The position numbers and the translations under genes are program-made. 64,000 bases of DNA. Source: Eledone cirrhosa. Lineage: Eukaryota. Shown piece after piece: positions 57,922-64,000 of this stretch. The stretch lies in NCBI GenBank assembly GCA_964016885.1, contig OZ024742.1, forward strand, positions 228,780,001 to 228,844,000, read 5' to 3'. The number at the start of each line of letters is the position of its first letter. The stretch's first letter is position 1. The notes under the pieces are model-generated. The model saw only the letters and a program-made list of their open reading frames with translations, made no database searches and was not told the DNA's origin.

Positions 57922-58750
57922 GGTGTTGTTGTTGTTGTTGTTGTTGTTGTTTCTTTTCTCATTATTGAACATTGATAGATAATACTTGCCTCTAACTTTT
58001 CAATTTTGTTCAGTTTTCGATTAGGAAATCAAAAATGGAACAACAAAAGCAAACCAGAATAGAAGCGTGAATATTCTTATGGACTCAGGTATTTTCCGTG
58101 CAAACGGCCATGATAATCTCACAGGTGTTTTGTTCAAATTAATACTATGATAAAAGGACCCCCTTCTATTATTATCCTTCATCCTTTTCTCTCTTATACT
58201 TTTTACTTCGTTCCATTTCTTTATTTTTCCTGCTTAAAAAAATAAAATTCTTTGTTTTTACCTTTTATCTTCTTCAAAATTATTATTTCTTATCAGATGA
58301 TGCTCGCAGTCATTTCACAGAAAATGAGAACTAGTGAGATACTGTTTATTTAAAAAGGAAAATAGATAATCAAGAATGTCTCTAAAGTTTTACTAACCTA
58401 ATGCTTCTTTTGTATATCTTATATATTGGCAACAGACATATAACCTCCCCACCGGAGGAACTTCCAGCCACATGAGGATTAACAATCCCAATCCTCATCT
58501 ACTCCCTCTTCTGTCATCCATTACCCTTTATCTACAGATCTGTCTCGCCAAAAACATAATTTTACATTTACCCACAATCCACCTCTCCGGTAAACATTAG
58601 TGATTCAATAAAGGATGAAAGACAGATGTGGTCAGGCCATACAATAGGTGGGGTGGACCAGTTAGGCCTGTTAGTATAAGCCGAGGACTTACAAGCCATG
58701 ATACTCATGCTTAAGTATAAAAAAAAGGCATTACTAGAAATCGAGTTGCA

Positions 58751-58796
<46 letters not shown>

Positions 58797-58800
<4 letters not shown>

Positions 58801-61800
58801 TAAAATAACAGATTAAAGTTTAAGCAAAGAATCGCTGCTTTTACTCTTAACGGGATCTTCTGAAACTAACAAAGTCAATCTGTGAACGCAGAAGTGAATA
58901 TTTCAAAAAACGTTGCAACCGGAGGAAGACAGGAAGACGATACTTTGGATCGTGGAAACGTTCCCTGGTAAAGAACGGGAAAAAACGAATATAATACGTC
59001 ATTAATTGGAGAGGTGAAAAACAATTACACGCAAACACAAAACCACGTTTATGGTATAAAAGAAGCCGTAGACTAAAATTCTATTAGGTGGTTCATAGAG
59101 ACGTTCTCTGGCAATGAACGAAAAAAACGAAGATAATACGTCATATGTGGAGCGGGGAGAACAATTGGTGGCAAAGACAAAACCACGCAAATGGTATAAC
59201 TGAATTCGTAGACTAAAATTCTAACTAGGAAACCGAATGATTCTCGGCTTCAGAGTTAAGAATAAAGTAAATAAAATACAGAGGTAATTGAAGTTAAATA
59301 AATACATACACGCATCCATATACGTACATACACAAGCATACGCGAAAACACTCGCCATAGGTATACAAATACACGCACGTAAAAAAAAGAAAAGAAAAAC
59401 CCGCACGCACATAAAGAACCCACGCAACGCCTGTACTCGCACGCATACAAAATTATACGCAAAGTACACATAAAAATATATATTGAACATATATATATAT
59501 ATGTGTTTGTGTGTGCGTGTATACATATAATTAAATAAACGTATATAAATAACTAAATACGTATATAACAAGCGCACACACATACCTACATGTAAATACA
59601 CATGTTTGGAGACGTACGTCAACCAAAACACAAAGTACACATATACACACACCCTACATACGTACGAACCCGCATACACACACCGCATATGTACCAGAAT
59701 ATATAATATATACGCCATAACATATACAATCAAATATGCGTACGAGAAAGTATACGTACCTACACAAAACATACAGGTAATATATACTTACCTATACAAA
59801 TAAGTAATGGTATAAACATAACATATACTTAGCTACCACATCAAGTCGTAAAATATCCGTGTATAGATCGTACTATCTGTTAGGGTATAATGTGGGGCTG
59901 TAATACAGGAAAGTTTTGTGCAACTTATGTTTACAAGCCGAAATTGCCTCAGATTTTTTGTTTAAGATGTTGACTTTGGCGTAGAGTATTTCCAGGGCCT
60001 CAGTGGCGCAGAGGTCACATGGTCTTTTATTTCCGTTATACGATCTAGCCCTAGCTAGGATCTCCCAGTGTAACTTATATTGGGTGTGGTTGTCTTTTAG
60101 ACTCCAGATATAAGCTGAAAGTGACGTCATATTCCTTCTTAAAGGGTAACGAAAAGAATGGGTATGCATGTAAAGACGCTGCTTGAATCTATTGGCGGTT
60201 AACCCTATGTAGGCCCTACGGGACGTGGGTGTTTCAACCTTACATTTGTAGACAATGTTACTAGAGAGGCATTTCCTGGATAGGGGCAGTCAACCCGATT
60301 CCTATAATTACAGTTAGTACTAACTAGAGGGTTGCACGTGTTCCTACGGCTAGGTAGTTTAGCTAAATTTGAAGCTGTGATGTTATGTGCAAGGTTAGGA
60401 GTCGTATAGTAAGACATTTTAATAGTATTTTTATTAAAAATGTTACTATATTTATGTGTAGGGGGAAAATGCTTCGTAATAAGGGATAGAAAGATCTTAG
60501 CTAATGGTTTGGCCACCTCCATATTATATGGTGGGTTATACCATATAATGCGTCGGGATCTATTTCTTCTAGGTCTATTCTCGTACTCTGTATAAGCTAC
60601 CTTATCGACAAATCCACTCCGAGCAAGAGCTTCATTTTAATATATGGAATGGTCGTTGAAAATATGCTCGTTAGTAGATAGACAGGAAAGCCTCAAAGAA
60701 ACGTTTCTTACCAAATTCTTGGTTATGCTGGCAGGATGGTTAGAATGCTTACTTATGTAATTAAGCGTATCATTCGGCTTTCTATACGGGTAATGCAAGC
60801 CATTCGATAAATTGAGGGTAACGTCGAGGTAATTACGACCGAGAGGTTGGTCTCAACCTGTATGGAGAGGTTGAAGCCTTTAAAGAATGATGTGAGTTCT
60901 TTTGTGAACCTGTCGCAAGCACGTGGGCAACACTTAGTCATAGTCAAAAGACCATCATCACGGTACAAACCACCGCACACATTGGGGAATTCGTCCTTGA
61001 TAGAGAAAAGAAGGAAAAGGCTGATAAGATCAGTAACCTCCGCAGAATCGCTGGCGCCCATACTCACGTCGAATGGGATACTATTAGATTTTTTAATCCA
61101 AATAGAGTCGTCGAAATTAATCACCGACTTACGGGCATTGAGGATGACATCAAGTTCGAAATCCTTAACCACAGTGAGTGTTTTAGCGAAATTGATAACT
61201 CTAAGGAGAAGTGGTAAAGTGATGGAGGAGTAGTAATTATATAAAACGGCAATGTTCCTTGTTGCATATGCCGTTGAACCAATCAATCACCGCGAAAGAA
61301 TTGTTCCACAGTGCAAGAAGGGCCAAACTTCTAATTTCAGGTATAATTCGATCAAGAATCCTTTTACTAAGTCTACCTAAATCGGACTTCGTAGGGTTAA
61401 GTAGCCGAACAGAGGTGTTGTTCGGAAAATTGGATTTGTGATCCTTCAGGGTAAAGTGGGGGAGAAATAGGGTCCAGAGGTTCAATCCGGTCCAGAATAT
61501 TGAGATCGGAGGTGATTTTAAACCCAGCATCGTTGATTTCATTAATGACGCTCCGATTAGTTTTACAGTAATCCTTAGTTACAGCATTATGTAGCAGTTG
61601 ATGGTAAGTACTGCGCTCCACTTAATATAGATTGCCAGTTTTGTCGCAATGGACATACACGGCATTAGAATCCTTAATAGAACGAATTCTATTTTTCAGG
61701 TCCTGCTGGAAGGAATTGCTCCTATTCCGAAATTTGATACTCCGTATGAGTTCCAAGACATCATTTTCGAAGGGTTACTCGGAGGGTTATTATAGGTTTT

Positions 61801-62305
61801 AAACCCAAATTTATCCTGTTTGTTGTCAGCTTTTCCCTGATTATCGAAATAAAAGGCACGCCAACGCAACTTTTTAATGAACGCGTCTGTTTTCTGTATC
61901 ATGAGTTTTAGGTATGTTTTCCTGCTTGGTACGGGTATGTTCTTTGCAGAAATATTCAGATGTTGTTTCTGCATGATGAATATAAGTCAATAGAGTGCTC
62001 AACCGAAGGAGCCAAATAGTAATAATAATATATTTGAACACTAAAATCCAAAGAGGGCTCGATAAGGATAAATATATATAAAATATATAAGAACCGTAGA
62101 GCAAATATTTATTAAAATAACAGATTAAAGTTTAAGCAAAGAATCGCTGCTTTCATACTTAACAGGATCTTCTGAAACTAACAAAGTCAATCTGTGAAAG
62201 CACTCGCCATAGGTATACAAATACACGCACGTACACACAAAAAAACCCCCAAAACCCACAAGCACATACAGAACCCACGCAACGCCTGTACCCGCACGCA
62301 TACGA
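58797..62305 (-). mobile_element. Near-complete Penelope-like element with direct terminal repeats
   Basis: 58797-58885 matches 62107-62197 and 59349-59450 matches 62201-62303. The 3' end abuts (TA)n. HHR-like motifs at 58809-58882 and 62121-62194. Confidence 0.88.
59873..61974 (-). pseudogene. PLE RT plus C-terminal GIY-YIG endonuclease, several frameshifts
   Basis: KNIPVPS..KLRWRA, DKTGN, GLYRDDGL, KHFPPTHKY..FNKNTIKMSY, CNYRNRVDCP linker, AYIGL, TSLSAYIW, CDLC..E, LNKKSE..CKH. Confidence 0.9.
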
Positions 62306-63127
62306 AATGTATAACCTGTAAAATAAGCCCCCATATTAACTGTAAAACTAGAAATGTAGTATATAGCATAAGATGTACTGAAGGACAATGTAGAGACAAA
62401 AATATAGTGTACATAGGTGAGACAGCTCGTAGTGTAGGGGAACGGATAAATGAACACTGGCGAGATCTTCAAGATAGTAAAGAATCATCTGTACTCTACC
62501 AACATGCTAAAATAGAACATAAGGGTAAATTAGAGAACATAGAAATAAAAATAGAATCTACAACCAGAAAAGACGCAATGTTTAGACAAATGACAGAGGC
62601 AATAAACATAAAAGAATTACAACCAAAATTAAATAGAAAATATGAGTGGAACAGCAACATCACAACTTACAATTAAGGACAAAATGAAAACACACACGCA
62701 CACAGAACAAACAATCAGCCGGTAACATGTAAAGAAACAAATAAATAAACGAATATAAACACACACAGATACCCGGATGTGGCGCATGCGCAGACTGAGC
62801 ACACAACACACACACAGAAACAAAATGGCGTAGGACAGAACAAAGGAGAGGCACAAAAACAAAGAAAAGAATCCCCAGTCACTGAAGAGGTCACAGAATG
62901 TGTGACCAAAGAACTTTGACAATATATAAACAACCATCTGGTTGTGGAACCACCAACCAACCGGAAATTTATAAATTCCTCAATTTATAAATTTATTATA
63001 ATAAATTGAAGTGAAAGCAACTGGTACGTGTGTTTCTTATTGGCAACATGACCCTCCCAAAGTATAACAATATCGGTTTCAACACACGTTTTCAGATAAA
63101 GAATCTTGCTAAACAAATTCAGAAACG

Positions 63128-63130
<3 letters not shown>
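62305..63130 (+). mobile_element. 3' fragment of a different PLE family: GIY-YIG (to stop at 62676) plus terminal repeat with a damaged HHR (about 62877-62920)
   Basis: CITC..NCKTRNVVYSIRC..C..YIGETARS..ERINEH..SVLYQH..H..RQMTEA..LNRKYEW. The 3' end lies in (TA)n. Confidence 0.88.
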
Positions 63131-63177
<47 letters not shown>

Positions 63178-63180
<3 letters not shown>

Positions 63181-64000
63181 AATATAGACATAGAATATTC
63201 GAAAATATTCTGTATGTTTATAATAAACATTTTGAAGACCTAATCGCTATAGAATAGAATACGTCACGTATTACAATTAGATTCTCGATAAAAGCAAGGG
63301 AAGTAAGTCTACGCGTTTCATTCTTGTTAGAATTCATCAGGACTACATATCCAGTGCTTTTATCGAGAATGACACAGCTAGAGACTTATAGAATACTTAG
63401 CTGTGTACAGGAACTGGTTTGAAAGAGCGGTTGCCGGTCCGGCAGAAATTAGAAATTGGAATAAATGCTCTGAAATAGCGATATATATGTGAATATAGAC
63501 ATAGAATATTCGAAAATATTCTGTATGTTTATAATAAACATTTTGAAGACCTAATCGCTATAGAATAGAATACGTCACGTATTACAATTAGATTCTCGAT
63601 AAAAGCAAGGGAAGTAAGTCTACGCGTTTCATTCTTGTTAGAATTCATCAGGACTACATATCCAGTGCTTTTATCGAGAATGACACAGCTAGAGACTTAT
63701 AGAATACTTAGCTGTGTACAGGAACTGGTTTGAAAGAGCGGTTGCCGGTCCGGCAGAAATTAGAAATTGGAATAAATGCTCTGAAATAGCGATATATATG
63801 TGAATATAGACATAGAATATTCGAAAATATTCTGTATGTTTATAATAAACATTTTGAAGACCTAATCGCTATAGAATAGAATACGTCACGTATTACAATT
63901 AGATTCTCGATAAAAGCAAGGGAAGTAAGTCTACGCGTTTCATTCTTGTTAGAATTCATCAGGACTACATATCCAGTGCTTTTATCGAGAATGACACAGC
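63178..64000 (-). repeat. Tandem array of a 311-bp HHR-containing unit (retrozyme-like), at least 2.6 copies, running off the window
   Basis: Units start at 63178, 63489 and 63800 and are identical by eye. Confidence 0.93.
63306..63344 (-). ncRNA. Type I hammerhead ribozyme, intact; repeated at 63617-63655 and 63928-63966
   Basis: Reverse complement: agtc CTGATGA attct aaca agaat GAAA CGCG TA gact. Perfect core, 5-bp stem II, palindromic ACGCGT. Confidence 0.9.

Noticed and set aside
58886-59348. Segment missing from the 5' terminal repeat as a spliced intron
   Set aside because: The junction shows microhomology rather than GT-AG boundaries, so deletion or a template jump is more likely.
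59873-61974. Selenocysteine-recoded PLE, as reported for some Naiad elements
   Set aside because: The breaks are frameshifts and ordinary stops rather than in-frame TGA at Cys positions, and the endonuclease is C-terminal.
62194-62304. N-terminus of the 160-aa GIY-YIG ORF as a stand-alone nuclease gene
   Set aside because: These codons are the antisense of family A terminal repeat; the ORF is an accidental fusion at the junction.
63178-64000. CRISPR array or simple satellite
   Set aside because: No unique spacers, 311-bp units, eukaryotic context and no cas genes; the ribozyme explains it better.

Overview
Eukaryotic, AT-rich, repeat-saturated DNA. The SINE families and microsatellite content suggest an octopus-like cephalopod; this is an inference. 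No host gene can be supported with confidence, and most ORF-track hits are translations of (TA)n, (CA)n or (GA)n repeats. Recognisable coding sequence is all retrotransposon: a near full-length but frameshifted Tx1/L1-type LINE (18.3-24.2 kb), CRE-, R4/Dong- and RTE-like LINE fragments, and several Penelope-like elements (PLEs). The main hidden structure is a set of elements inserted into (TA)n tracts. It includes about 23 type I hammerhead ribozyme (HHR) motifs read by eye, most with a palindromic stem III. There are two non-coding, retrozyme-like units that look derived from circular RNA: a 311-bp identical tandem array at 63.2-64 kb and a ~448-bp circularly permuted unit at 3.1 and 42.8 kb. 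A 138-bp ribozyme-free element occurs at about 12 loci and shares a 3' motif with the PLE terminal repeats. Many inserts are fold-backs with both 3' ends pointing outward into (TA)n, and one joins two different PLE families. All alignments and folds were done by eye, so boundaries are approximate.
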